Part shown: positions 25,636 to 36,600 of the stretch, piece after piece
Layout: each line of letters opens with the position of its first letter
How positions within the stretch are numbered: the stretch's first letter is position 1
Translations under genes and position numbers: made by a program
Notes under the pieces: generated by a model
Database searches by the model: none
Told to the model about the DNA's origin: nothing
The model's input: the letters and a program-made list of their open reading frames with translations, nothing else
Origin: Spirosomataceae bacterium
Lineage (GTDB): Bacteria; Bacteroidota; Bacteroidia; Cytophagales; Spirosomataceae
NCBI GenBank assembly: GCA_049241065.1
Contig: JBMLRK010000446.1
Span: 1,431-51,664, forward strand
Reading direction: 5' to 3'
DNA length: 50,234 bases

Positions 25636-28600
25636 TTACAACCCTAGTTTGATACCTAAATGGAATGACTTCTGGATTGGCTCTAGCATATTATCTACTC
25701 CTTGTCCATACAATGAATTAGTAGCACTAAATTCAGGATCATAACCCAAGTAATTCGTCAAGGTAAGTAAGTTATTAGCTGTTCCATAAATTGTTACAGA
25801 CTTTAAATACTCTTTGTTCAAGTTGAAATTGTACGACAATGTTAACGTTCTCAAGCGAGCATACGAACCATCTTCAATCCAGCGAGTAGAGAAACGTCCA
25901 TTTTGTAGTGGGTCACCAAAATTTGCTCTTGGAATATCCGTCATTTGTCCTGGAGTTCTCCATCTATTAATCAGGGCATTTGTTTGATTTTCATAAGAAG
26001 CTCCTGATTCTAATTTTCTTCTCGTATAATTATAAACTTCGTTACCATATACAAAACTTACAAGGGCATCCAATGACCAATTTTTATAGGTAATTCGGTT
26101 ATTTACACCACCATAGAAATCAGGATTCGGATTACCAATCACTTGATTGTCCTTTTCATCAATAATTTTATCCCCATTAACATCTACGAAACGTACGTCT
26201 CCTCCCTTAAAAGGCATATATGAGCCATTTGCTTGCAAGTTTGTTAAACCTTCTTGTGCAGCTTCAGCATCTGTTGCATAAACACCTTTTGCCACTGTTC
26301 CATAAAATACATTAGGAGCTTGTCCAACAGCCGTCACATAACTTCCACCCGTAAAGGCAGCATTGGGAGCGACAAAGTTGTCTGGCAACTGATCTACTTT
26401 AGTTTCTGATTTAGCGATTGTAAGTCCTAAGTCCCATTTAACCTTCTGTTTGTTAATCAATTTTAGGTTCAAAGTAGCTTCAATTCCAGAAGTACTCATC
26501 GCTCCCTCATTGGTCAATAAATAAGAAGTCAAGCCCGATGCAACAGGTGCTTTCGTGTAAACAAGCATATCCGTCGTTTTATGACTAAATACATCAACAC
26601 TTAAAGACAGACGTTGCTTTAATGTAACCAAATCAAACCCTGCATTTAGCTTCGTTACTGTTTCCCATTTCAAAGCAGGATTCGCTACAGCTCCTACAAC
26701 CAACCCTTGTATTCCGAGTAAATTCTGCCCTGTGAAGTATTTTTGATAGGCATAATTTCCAATATCATCGTTTCCAACACGTCCAGCAGAAGCTCTTAAT
26801 TTCAAGAAATCTACGCCTGAATTACGCATAAACTTTTCTGAAGAAAGTACCCAAGCCAAGGTAGCAGAAGGCATAAAAGCAAAAGTAGAACTTCCTATTT
26901 TTACTGCTTCAGAAGATTCAATTTGTTTTCCAAAACGAGAAGACCCATCTAAAGCTGCATTAAGACTAACGAAGTATTTCCCTGCGTAACCATAGTTTAC
27001 GTTCAAATAAGTGTTCAACCAATTGTAGCTTCCTACTCCGCCCTTTATCTGATTATAAAGAGGAGAAGTATTTTGAACAAAGGTAATTTCGTCGATAGCG
27101 GCATTATACGAATAAATCAAGTCTTGTTCGGCAGAAGAACTAATAAATCGTACTCCTGTTCTACCAGAAAAATCATGCTTATTGGCAAATGTCTTGTTGA
27201 AACTTAGGTAAGTTTCGTTATATAAATTAAAAACCGTTTTAGCTAAAGCACTTGCTCCACGTTCTGCTAAAATATTCTTTAATGTATCTGGCACTAATCC
27301 ATAACTAGGGATAAAGTGATTCTCTGTGATTTTATCAAAAGTAACCGCAATGTTAGTTCCCAAATCCAAAGCGGCAGAGAGTTTATATTTAAAATCTAAC
27401 ATTCCTTGAAAACGGTATGAGCGGTTAGCTCCTATCACATTCTGAGCAGCTACAACAGGGTTTCCAACATTAAACACGTCCGAATCTGTAAAACGAGGAG
27501 AGAATACTCCTTCCACATTACGTTCTTTATCCGTTAAAAACGGTGATTTCACTAATGCTAGATAAATCGGGTTTGTTTTTAAAGCCAAGCCCAAATCTCT
27601 ACTTGTCGATTCATTATAGCCAAAACTTAGATTGGCGGCCGCAGTAAGACGACGAGTAAGATTTAAATCGGCATTAAATCGAGTACTATATTTCTCTAAA
27701 GTAGAACCTTCGAGGCTATTTTTATTCGACATATAATTCATCGACAACGCATATTTTGCGATGTTATCCCCCCCCGTAATGCGGAGATACATATTGGCAA
27801 AAGGACGAGCTGCGTTAATCTTTTTTTGCCAATCCGTTTCGTTATGATTAGCATAATAATTAGGACTGCTAGGACTATCATTCATATATTCCTGTGCTTG
27901 TATCTGACTGTTAGATAATCCTTGAGAAACCATCAAGTCATTCAAATACGTTCTAAAATTACCTGCATTCATTACGGGTAACGATGCCGGTGTGGTGTTT
28001 ACTCCACCATACATAGCAAAATCAATTTTTGTACCCAATTCTTTAGCACGAGAAGTCGTAATCAAAATGACCCCATTAGCAGCTTTAGTACCGTATAATG
28101 CCGCCGCAGAAGCATCTTTCAAGACCGTAATATTGGTAATATCACGTGGGTCAATATAGCTAAAAGGATTATCAAAGAAATTATTGATTGTAGATTCCCC
28201 ATAGATGGCAGCATCATAAATAACCCCATCCATCACTATCAATGGACGGTTTGTTCCTTGAATTGAATTATAACCTCTTAAGTTCAAAAATGCACCGCTA
28301 TTGGCAGTTCCTGAACGACGAATCGCTTGTAAACCTGCAACTCTACCCTGCACGTACGTATCTGGAGTTTCTGTGATGGCAGACCAGTTATCAGGCAGCG
28401 ATAGACTTCCTGCGGCATCGGTACGATAGTAATCAGAAACGGACGTGGTAGGTAGTTTATACGTATTTTCAATACCATCAAAGTCCGAAACAGCAATACG
28501 TAACGTCTTTTGTCCTCTAATGGCTACGTCATAGGATTTATAACCATAACCTTCTACTCCTAATACGACTTGATCATTAGGTACTTTTATCTTGAAAGTA

Positions 28601-28869
28601 CCGTCCTCTTTTGTAATTACAGCACTTAGATCACGATAGAATATACGTACTCCAGAAATAGGCTTTTGGGTACTAGCACTCACGACTACCCCTTCTACTT
28701 CTAAAGAAAAACCTTTCTTTGGGTTCGATGGTACCGTTGTTTGTGTTTTTTTGACTATTTTTTTCTGTTGAGCAATAGCTACTTGCCCAAAAGCTAACCA
28801 CCCTCCCATCAACACAGGTGCAATGTACGTTTTGGGAAACACTTTTATATTTTGTATGAAATACTTCAT
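25636..28869 (-). CDS. SusC/RagA-family TonB-dependent transporter (no STN domain)
   Basis: 1077 aa. Carboxypeptidase-regulatory-like domain, plug (GAFLNLRGYNSIQGTNRPLIVMDGV) and a large beta-barrel. Confidence 0.9.
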   Translation of the reverse strand: MKYFIQNIKVFPKTYIAPVLMGGWLAFGQVAIAQQKKIVKKTQTTVPSNPKKGFSLEVEGVVVSASTQKPISGVRIFYRDLSAVITKEDGTFKIKVPNDQVVLGVEGYGYKSYDVAIRGQKTLRIAVSDFDGIENTYKLPTTSVSDYYRTDAAGSLSLPDNWSAITETPDTYVQGRVAGLQAIRRSGTANSGAFLNLRGYNSIQGTNRPLIVMDGVIYDAAIYGESTINNFFDNPFSYIDPRDITNITVLKDASAAALYGTKAANGVILITTSRAKELGTKIDFAMYGGVNTTPASLPVMNAGNFRTYLNDLMVSQGLSNSQIQAQEYMNDSPSSPNYYANHNETDWQKKINAARPFANMYLRITGGDNIAKYALSMNYMSNKNSLEGSTLEKYSTRFNADLNLTRRLTAAANLSFGYNESTSRDLGLALKTNPIYLALVKSPFLTDKERNVEGVFSPRFTDSDVFNVGNPVVAAQNVIGANRSYRFQGMLDFKYKLSAALDLGTNIAVTFDKITENHFIPSYGLVPDTLKNILAERGASALAKTVFNLYNETYLSFNKTFANKHDFSGRTGVRFISSSAEQDLIYSYNAAIDEITFVQNTSPLYNQIKGGVGSYNWLNTYLNVNYGYAGKYFVSLNAALDGSSRFGKQIESSEAVKIGSSTFAFMPSATLAWVLSSEKFMRNSGVDFLKLRASAGRVGNDDIGNYAYQKYFTGQNLLGIQGLVVGAVANPALKWETVTKLNAGFDLVTLKQRLSLSVDVFSHKTTDMLVYTKAPVASGLTSYLLTNEGAMSTSGIEATLNLKLINKQKVKWDLGLTIAKSETKVDQLPDNFVAPNAAFTGGSYVTAVGQAPNVFYGTVAKGVYATDAEAAQEGLTNLQANGSYMPFKGGDVRFVDVNGDKIIDEKDNQVIGNPNPDFYGGVNNRITYKNWSLDALVSFVYGNEVYNYTRRKLESGASYENQTNALINRWRTPGQMTDIPRANFGDPLQNGRFSTRWIEDGSYARLRTLTLSYNFNLNKEYLKSVTIYGTANNLLTLTNYLGYDPEFSATNSLYGQGVDNMLEPIQKSFHLGIKLGL

Positions 28870-28897
28870 TGATTATCGATTATAAATGAGTGAAATA

Positions 28898-30322
28898 TTA
28901 AAGCACTGGTTCTAGTCTGATATAATCTAGTACTAAAGCACCTGTCGTATTAGCTGTTAAAAACATATCTAACTTCCCAAATCTTGAAGGTGTATATTCT
29001 CCTAACAGTACTTCCGAATAGTTTTTGGCTGTTAGAGCCGTTAGAGGGAAACTAGTATTCGTCGCTGTTCCCATTACTAATCTCTGAGAGATGGCAAAAG
29101 TGGCAGTTTCGGCAGTCGCAGTATTTGAGTTATACAAATCGTTTACGGCAACCCAGTACACTTTATATTTCATCACAGGCAAGTTTGGCACGGAGTAACG
29201 TAAAAAAAATCCAGATGCACCATGACCCACTACTTTAATTTGTTTGAATAGCCTACCACTTACAGGGTCTTTCATGTCTTTTATGGCAGCAATCGTAGTC
29301 GTAAGATTGGCAGGAAGTACGCTTCTACCCATAAAGTTCAACTTATCTGTTGCACTCAAATTATTATACGAAGTAGTGGTAGGAACAACTCTAAGACCTG
29401 CCCAGTTTTCACCTTCCACCACAATCGATTTAAACTTATCAGCAAGGTTAACCGTTATTTTATCCAATACATAGACTGTTCCATTACTAACAGTGATGGT
29501 TTCTTTAATTGCAGCCTTATCAATAGTTAGTTTTACCCCCAACTTTGACGTGATAGTTGCTGGCAATTTATCTGAAGCATAATCACCCTCAATCACGAAG
29601 TCCTTCAGCGTATTCAACGATGCCTCGATAGCGGTTGTATCTCCACCTGCCTTATAGTACGGTGTTAACTTCGCCACTTCTGTTGCTAGAGCAGCATCAG
29701 TCAACACAAAATAAGTATAACGCTTCGACTCGTCAGATAAATCACCAACTAGTTTTGTAATTCTGGCAATGCTATCAGCAACAAATCCATTTTGCTTGTA
29801 ACTTCCTCGTGTATTTGTGATAAACTTAGACAAGGAAGGTTTGGCTTCAATAAAACCTCCCATTGTATTCAATACTCCATTTCCTACAAATACAGAACTA
29901 ATTACTTTAACTCCATTAATCATGTCACCACTCATACTTACGTATTTTCCATTTACCAATGGGAGCAATTGCGTAGTGGTAGATGCTGCATTTACTTCGT
30001 TTGCTTGAAAAGCAATGTGATTACCGACAAAGGTTTTCAATGCACTGGTATCATTCAAAATACTCGTACTTAACGATGCCAAAGCCGTATTGGTAGGAGC
30101 ATATACCGTAAAATTTTTGGATGATGCTAACAATTTATCATATCCTGTTTTCTCCAATAATGATTTAAAGGTAGAAAGTTCAGACTGACTAGATACTTTA
30201 GCAATCAATGTTTGGGTCGCATTGTCATTAGTACTCATTAAGCGATCATCCCAGTTTTTGCAAGAGATCATACTTAACGTCACCATACACAAGACCAATA
30301 AATAAGAATATCGTATAGTCAT
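28898..30322 (-). CDS. Fasciclin (FAS1) lipoprotein: two FAS1 repeats plus a C-terminal beta-rich domain (start moved to Met10)
   Basis: MTIRYSYLLVLCMVTLSMISC lipoprotein signal. FAS1 motifs FTVYAPTNTAL...NGVLN and YFVLTDAAL...NGTVYVLDKI. The ORF-track ATG at 30349 lies inside a hairpin arm. Confidence 0.78.
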   Translation of the reverse strand: MTIRYSYLLVLCMVTLSMISCKNWDDRLMSTNDNATQTLIAKVSSQSELSTFKSLLEKTGYDKLLASSKNFTVYAPTNTALASLSTSILNDTSALKTFVGNHIAFQANEVNAASTTTQLLPLVNGKYVSMSGDMINGVKVISSVFVGNGVLNTMGGFIEAKPSLSKFITNTRGSYKQNGFVADSIARITKLVGDLSDESKRYTYFVLTDAALATEVAKLTPYYKAGGDTTAIEASLNTLKDFVIEGDYASDKLPATITSKLGVKLTIDKAAIKETITVSNGTVYVLDKITVNLADKFKSIVVEGENWAGLRVVPTTTSYNNLSATDKLNFMGRSVLPANLTTTIAAIKDMKDPVSGRLFKQIKVVGHGASGFFLRYSVPNLPVMKYKVYWVAVNDLYNSNTATAETATFAISQRLVMGTATNTSFPLTALTAKNYSEVLLGEYTPSRFGKLDMFLTANTTGALVLDYIRLEPVL

Positions 30323-30338
30323 TTTCTTTAGAAGAATG

Positions 30339-30369
30339 GTGATGCTCATAACGTTACTATGAGCATCAC
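30339..30369 (-). other. Perfect 11-bp hairpin between the two FAS1 genes
   Basis: GTGATGCTCAT-N9-ATGAGCATCAC, between the stop at 30377 and the preferred start at 30322. Confidence 0.65.
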
Positions 30370-30376
30370 GTTATTA

Positions 30377-32098
30377 TTAATAAACTAATGAACCGTCTAT
30401 GTTGTAACGAGGCGAAATTTGGTTGTCATTAACAGGGATAAACTGAATCATGTCAATATACATACTTTGAGAACCATCGTTTACGGCTGAAAATTCAAAT
30501 CGATGTTTACCTGTAAACTTCACATCAATAAATCCAACCATTTTGCCTGGGCTATTTCGATCACCTGCAAAAGTAGCAGGAGCTACTGGAGCTTGATACA
30601 TATAGTACTTCCAGCCAAGAGCCTCTAATTCTCCAGAGTTAGTAGCCACTGGTGCTTGCGAAATCATATTATGAGTTCCTATAAATGTATCATCCAAGAA
30701 AAACGATATTCCTAGATTATTCGAGCTGGCACCACTTTTAAAATATCTATAACATACCCAAACTTTGTATTTTCCTTTAGGAATGATTGTCGTATTCATT
30801 TTGTACCAAGCATTTCGCTGTGAAAATTGAGTGAAGCCCATTGGAAGCTCCACACAGTCACGATTAGTAGATACAGAACCCTGAGCTCCATTATATCTGT
30901 ACCCTAGTGGATGACTCTGAGTTTGTCCTTCACGATGTCTGGACATTCCCTCAACAGTTTCTGTAGTAAAATAATAATCCGCCTTTCTGAAAATTTTTGT
31001 AAGTCTTCTCAACTCAGGAAAATCAGTTAAGTCCCAATCGATACGAGTAGGTTTTCGAATTTTCAACGTATAGTGTTTTTGTATTTGGTGAATTACCCCA
31101 TTCATACCAATAATATCACTAGCACTACGATTTATGCCAACCCCTACTTCTCTTTGACCATTAAATACTTCATCGTTCAGTAACAGAGAGTCTCCTACTA
31201 ATGAAGTACTAACAAGGGTTGGTTCTGTTGAAACTCTTGTTAAATGCGAAGATGCTGTAACTAAATCTCCTAAATATTTTGCGTCATCAATAAGGTGAAA
31301 CGCAATATATAAGTTCAAACTATCAGCGATTAATTTTGGGTTTCCTGTTTTAGAGTACCTTGCCTTTAACTTAGCATAAGAATCAAAACCAGCTTTTCCT
31401 AGCACATCATTTGTCTCGGCAATAAGGGTAATAAATTTAGTCCCTACAGTGTTGAGTGTATCAAAATAACCTGTTTCCTTTAGTGCTTGAGTAAAAATAG
31501 AGTACTCTGCTTTTTCTTCAAGCAATTGAGCTAAGGTCTTAGTCCCTGGCACAATTACCTTATCTATGATATGAATAATTCCATTTCCAACACGTATATC
31601 ACTTTTTACAATACTACTGAACTTGTTTATCGTAACTTTAGCCCCTTCATTAGCAGATAACGTAGCTCCTGATAATAAGTACTGTCCCGCAAGAGTTGGC
31701 TTATTAATTCTACCATCTGTAAATGTTGATAAACCCAGCGTATCTCTGATTAAATGATTTTTAACGAGATTTTGAGCTTCTACCTTTGACAAATCACTCA
31801 CAGCGTTTTTACCCACCGATGAGAGATATACTTTCATTGCCTCTTCCGTTGGTAAAAAGAGGGTATAAGTACCATAAGCATTCATAAATACTTCATATCC
31901 TGCTCTTTCGACAACTTCCGAAAATTGGCTATATGATGGTGCTGTGTTTTCTTTCATATACGAATACATATTCTTGGTAGTAGTAGTATTCGGATCGATC
32001 TCTACATTATCAGTACATCGTATAAAAGCAATCAACACTCCAAAGACAAGTAAAGCACTTGCGATATATTTAGTTAGTTTTTCCATTCTGCTATTCAT
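30377..32098 (-). CDS. Fasciclin (FAS1) lipoprotein: two FAS1 repeats plus a ~230-aa C-terminal beta-rich domain
   Basis: 573 aa. FAS1 motifs YTLFLPTEEAM...NGIIHIIDKVIVPG and ITLIAETNDVL...NGVIHQIQ. The C-terminus contains KYKVWV...MYIDMIQFIPV. The start could instead be Met5. Confidence 0.78.
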   Translation of the reverse strand: MNSRMEKLTKYIASALLVFGVLIAFIRCTDNVEIDPNTTTTKNMYSYMKENTAPSYSQFSEVVERAGYEVFMNAYGTYTLFLPTEEAMKVYLSSVGKNAVSDLSKVEAQNLVKNHLIRDTLGLSTFTDGRINKPTLAGQYLLSGATLSANEGAKVTINKFSSIVKSDIRVGNGIIHIIDKVIVPGTKTLAQLLEEKAEYSIFTQALKETGYFDTLNTVGTKFITLIAETNDVLGKAGFDSYAKLKARYSKTGNPKLIADSLNLYIAFHLIDDAKYLGDLVTASSHLTRVSTEPTLVSTSLVGDSLLLNDEVFNGQREVGVGINRSASDIIGMNGVIHQIQKHYTLKIRKPTRIDWDLTDFPELRRLTKIFRKADYYFTTETVEGMSRHREGQTQSHPLGYRYNGAQGSVSTNRDCVELPMGFTQFSQRNAWYKMNTTIIPKGKYKVWVCYRYFKSGASSNNLGISFFLDDTFIGTHNMISQAPVATNSGELEALGWKYYMYQAPVAPATFAGDRNSPGKMVGFIDVKFTGKHRFEFSAVNDGSQSMYIDMIQFIPVNDNQISPRYNIDGSLVY

Positions 32099-32105
32099 TT
32101 TATGA

Positions 32106-33587
32106 TTATTTATAAAAAGGATTTTGAACTAACAATTTATTGGTGTTCATCTCCCTGAGATAAATTGGTAAATAATGACTATTAGGATCTTTCGCTTTTG
32201 CAAGAGCGGATTGTAAACGTTCAGGAGGAACGGATTTTGATAAAGCATCAGTCAAAATAGAGAGACGCTTGTAATCATTCCTTTTAGCAAACCTTAGTAA
32301 ATCAAACCAGCGTTTTCCTTCAAAGGCAAACTCCCTTGCACGTTCTTCCAGAATATAATCTAGAAGATCTTCTGTTTTAGTTGCGTCTATAGCTGTACGA
32401 GTAATTCTCGGATCACCAGCTCTGTCTCTAATTTGTTTTACCAAGAGCATTGCTTCTGCTCCTCTATTCAAAAGTGCCATAGCTTCAGCCTGTAATAATA
32501 AGACATCTGCATAACGGTACATAATAAAATTAAATGGATCAGAAGGTGCACCTTTTGAATATTTAAGAATTACGGAAGAAGTTGAGTTATACGTTCTTTC
32601 AGAGCGTTTATCCAATGAGTCTGAGAAAACAGGATCATCTGGTAAAATATCACTAGCTACAAAATCACTAGCGATAAAACGTCTTGTATTGTCACCATTT
32701 GTACCAGCTGCATTTCCGAACATGCTATAAAGCGGTGCTGTATTAAAAGCGTAAGGTGCAGTCACGTCAAAACCATGAGCAATTTCTAAAACTCCTTCTG
32801 GGGTATTACCTGAAAAAGTAGCCGCAAAGTCTGTATTCAATTTATATAGCCCCGAATCAACTACTTTCTGAGTAGCATCTGCAGCTTTCTGCGGTTGCTC
32901 CATCCATAAATAGACATCTGCTTGTAGTGTATTCACTAACCCTTTTGTTATTCTCGAACGAGTACGTTCATTCGTTGCATACGTAACAGGAATGTCAGCT
33001 TCTGCTTCTAGTAAGTCTTTTTCAATCTGAGCAAGTACTTCTGCCCCAGACGACTTTGCCAATGGAGTAAAATCTTCATCTGCATTGGTAGCATTCAATT
33101 TCAACGGAACGTCTCTGTATAACCTCACTAGATAAAAGTACATCCATGCTCTGATTGCTTTAGCCTGTGCGACATCCGCTTTCATTGTCGCTTCTTTATA
33201 CGTATCATCTAACGCTGGTACTGTCGGAGCAAATTCAATAACCGAATTACAGGTATTAATAACCGTGTAAAAAGGAGCCCACTCTGCAAATGAATTACTA
33301 GGTAAAATATTATACTCCACCAAATAATCTTCATCTACAAAAGCCCTTGGAGTTGGAGCCATCATATCTGCTCTTAACTCTCCCAAAAGCACCACTCGTT
33401 GGGGTAAGCCTGCGTTAATAATTGAGGTGTAACAACCTGTTACTGCCGAAGCAACCTGCTCTTTATTTTTCCAAAATTCAGCTTGAATAAGGCCATCTTG
33501 TGGTTTTAAGTCCAACCATGAACTACATGAACTTGGTAATAACCACACACACGCACTTACTAAAAGTAGGTATATTTTTTTTAACAT
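32106..33587 (-). CDS. SusD/RagB-family lipoprotein
   Basis: 493 aa. Lipoprotein signal (LPSSC) and hallmark ERAREFAFEGKRWFDLLR. Confidence 0.9.
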   Translation of the reverse strand: MLKKIYLLLVSACVWLLPSSCSSWLDLKPQDGLIQAEFWKNKEQVASAVTGCYTSIINAGLPQRVVLLGELRADMMAPTPRAFVDEDYLVEYNILPSNSFAEWAPFYTVINTCNSVIEFAPTVPALDDTYKEATMKADVAQAKAIRAWMYFYLVRLYRDVPLKLNATNADEDFTPLAKSSGAEVLAQIEKDLLEAEADIPVTYATNERTRSRITKGLVNTLQADVYLWMEQPQKAADATQKVVDSGLYKLNTDFAATFSGNTPEGVLEIAHGFDVTAPYAFNTAPLYSMFGNAAGTNGDNTRRFIASDFVASDILPDDPVFSDSLDKRSERTYNSTSSVILKYSKGAPSDPFNFIMYRYADVLLLQAEAMALLNRGAEAMLLVKQIRDRAGDPRITRTAIDATKTEDLLDYILEERAREFAFEGKRWFDLLRFAKRNDYKRLSILTDALSKSVPPERLQSALAKAKDPNSHYLPIYLREMNTNKLLVQNPFYK

Positions 33588-33624
33588 TGCTTTGATAAAT
33601 TATGTGTTAAATGTTTCGAACCAG

Positions 33625-36600
33625 TTAGAATGTTACTGATAATCCTAGTGTTACGGTTTTTCCGATTGGAGTTAAGGCATTATCTTCTGCAATTCTAAAA
33701 GGATCAGAACCTCTTAACTGAACCTCTGGATTTTGTCCTGTGTAGTTAGTGAAAGTAAGAAGGTTCTCTGCTGTCACGTAAGCTCTTAACGAAGACAATT
33801 GTAATCTTCTAAGTACCGATTTCGAGAACGTATAGCTGAGTGTAACCGTTTTAAGACGAACAAAAGACGCATCTTCTACGTAACGACTAGACCCTAACCA
33901 GTTATAACCAGCACTCCAGAGTGCTCTTGGTACATCCGTCACGTCTCCTTCTTTATGCCAACGTCTCAAGACTTCCGTACTTTGGTTAGATAAATCAGTC
34001 ATATTAGAAGTCGTCATACGGATTCTGTTAACAACATCATAATTGTAACGGTAGTTAAAAAATCCACTCAAACGAAGCGATTTATAAGATACTGAACCAC
34101 CAAATCCTCCTGTAAACTCTGGATTACTATTTCCTAAATACACAATGTCTTGTTCGTTGATATTTCCATCATTATTAATATCCTCATACATAGCATCACC
34201 TGGTTGGAAAATGTAATCTACTTTAGGGTAATTAAAACGCATAAATACCCCTTGTCCGTCTGGTGTTGTAATTGGCTCTCCACTCTTTCCTCTGGCAATC
34301 GTAGCAGCTTTGTCTGCATAAACCCCTTTGTACTTATATCCGTAGAATGAACCAAAAGGGTTATTGATTTTCAACAAGGTTTTATACTCGCCATTCACCG
34401 TTCCTGTTCCTCTGAAATTAGGATACTGTTCAGAAACCTCTCGTAGGATGTTACTATTATGAGCAATGTTAAAATTGAAATCTACATTCCATACTTTTGT
34501 TTTAATTGGATTTAACGTAACATTCAATTCCCATCCAATATTATCCATTGTACCTCCATTGAGGTTTGCCGTAGAATATCCGTTCACACTAGATGTTTGT
34601 AAGCCATAGAAAATTAAATCTCTCGTACTTTTCCAGTACATATCTGCGTCAATAGATACCTTTCGTTTAGGAGACACATAATTTAGCCCAAAATTTCTAT
34701 CCGTAGATTTTTCCCATCTCAAATTCTCTAGTTGAGGGTTGCCCGGAATAACCCCTCCTTCACCTAAATAACCAAAGTTGGTCGCAAAATAAGTCCCGTA
34801 ATATAGGTAGTTATATCGTGCAGCAGGAGAATTACCACTCATCCCGTAACTAGCACGAAGCCCTAAGTATTCAACAAAAGATGAAAATCTATTCATGAAT
34901 TTTTCATCTGAAACATTCCATTTCCCTGAAATAGAAGGAAAAAATGCAAAACGATTATTAGGACCAAAACGAGATGTCCCATCCGCACGTAAGCCAACAT
35001 TAAAAATGTATTTTTCCGACAATGATAAACTCGAATACCATAATGCTCCCATCGTACGAGTTTGCGAAGGGCTACTAGTAACGCCAGATGAAACTAAACG
35101 TCCATCATTTGTAACATCAGAAAGCCCTGCCGAAGCTAAATTTGGAAGCACAGCAGTCTGACCAATATTTCTAAAATCAGAAGTATTGATTACCCACATC
35201 GAGTTAAAATCTCGTTTCCGATTGCTCCATTTAGGATTATAATTAATCGTTGTTTTTGTTACTAAACCAAAAGCATCATAATCAGCTTCGGTAGCATAGT
35301 TTGATGCATTATCTGTGAATAATGCACCTGTAGCACTTTGTGGCAAAAATGACTGCGTTTTATTATTACTAATATCAAACTGGACATCAAACGTTCCTTT
35401 CCACTCGTTAGAACGAGTAATGGCATATTGTAACTGAAAGTGAGGAATAATACGCTCGGATGTTAGCGTATTGGAAGCCTGATTTACGAGTGCCACAGGG
35501 TTAAACGTACCAGGGAAACTTCCTTGACTATTGAAGCGTGGCGTAAAATAATTACTTGTCAAAAGACCTTGCTCACTGTATTCATAAATACTCATGTTGG
35601 GCATTTTTTTATAAGCCACAGCACGTACTACATCTCTGTTGGAAGTCTCTGAAGACGCATAGTTTCTGGTATTGTATGAGTGCGTAAAAGCAATATCCGT
35701 TTTAAATCTAATTCGGTCTGATACCTTATAATCTAAGTTGATACGAGTATTCAAGCGATCAAGTCCTGTTCCAATCGTTGTTCCTTGTTGACTAAAATAA
35801 CCCATAGAAGCAAAATACTGAGCCTTAGCCCCTCCTCCGTTGATTGACACGTTATGATCTTGCGCTCCTGCAATTTGCGTTATTGCACCAATCCAATTCG
35901 TATTCTGTCCGTAATTCAAGAAATTATAAACGTCCGTTGGGTCATTGCGAAATTCTGGATAGAAATTCACAGGAATTGGTAACCCAAAACGGTTTGTGTA
36001 CATTTCGGGTATCAATGTCTGGTATTGGCTACCATTCAACATAGGTATTGGACTCGGTTCTTTCGTAACACTTCCCTTAAACGTATAAGAAACTCGAGGT
36101 TTACCTTCTAATCCACGCTTTGTTTCAATTACCACTACCCCATTGGATGCACGAGCACCCCATAAGGCTGTGGCAGCACCATCTTTCAAAACCGATATAT
36201 TCTTAATATCCGAAGGTGCTACATTCAGAAGGGCAGCAAAGCCTGTTTCGTCTGCTGAAGCAAAATCAAAGTCTGAGGGTGTTGCCGTTTCATAAGGCAT
36301 ACCATCTACCACAATCATAGGATCCGCAGTACCATTAATTGAATTTGTTCCACGAATACGAATCTGAATACCTGAACCAGGTGAACCAGAAGAAGAAGTA
36401 ATATCCATACCTGCCAAACGTCCCTGCAACATTTGGTCAATACTTGTTCCTTGCATATCTTCCACAGCCTTAGCATCAATGGTTGAAATCGCTTGCGTTA
36501 AACTACGCTCACCCACATTCATTAAGCCATTACTGGTTGCTTTACCTGTTACTACAACTTCTAATAAGTCTGAACTAGCCGATTCTAAGAAAATACTCAA

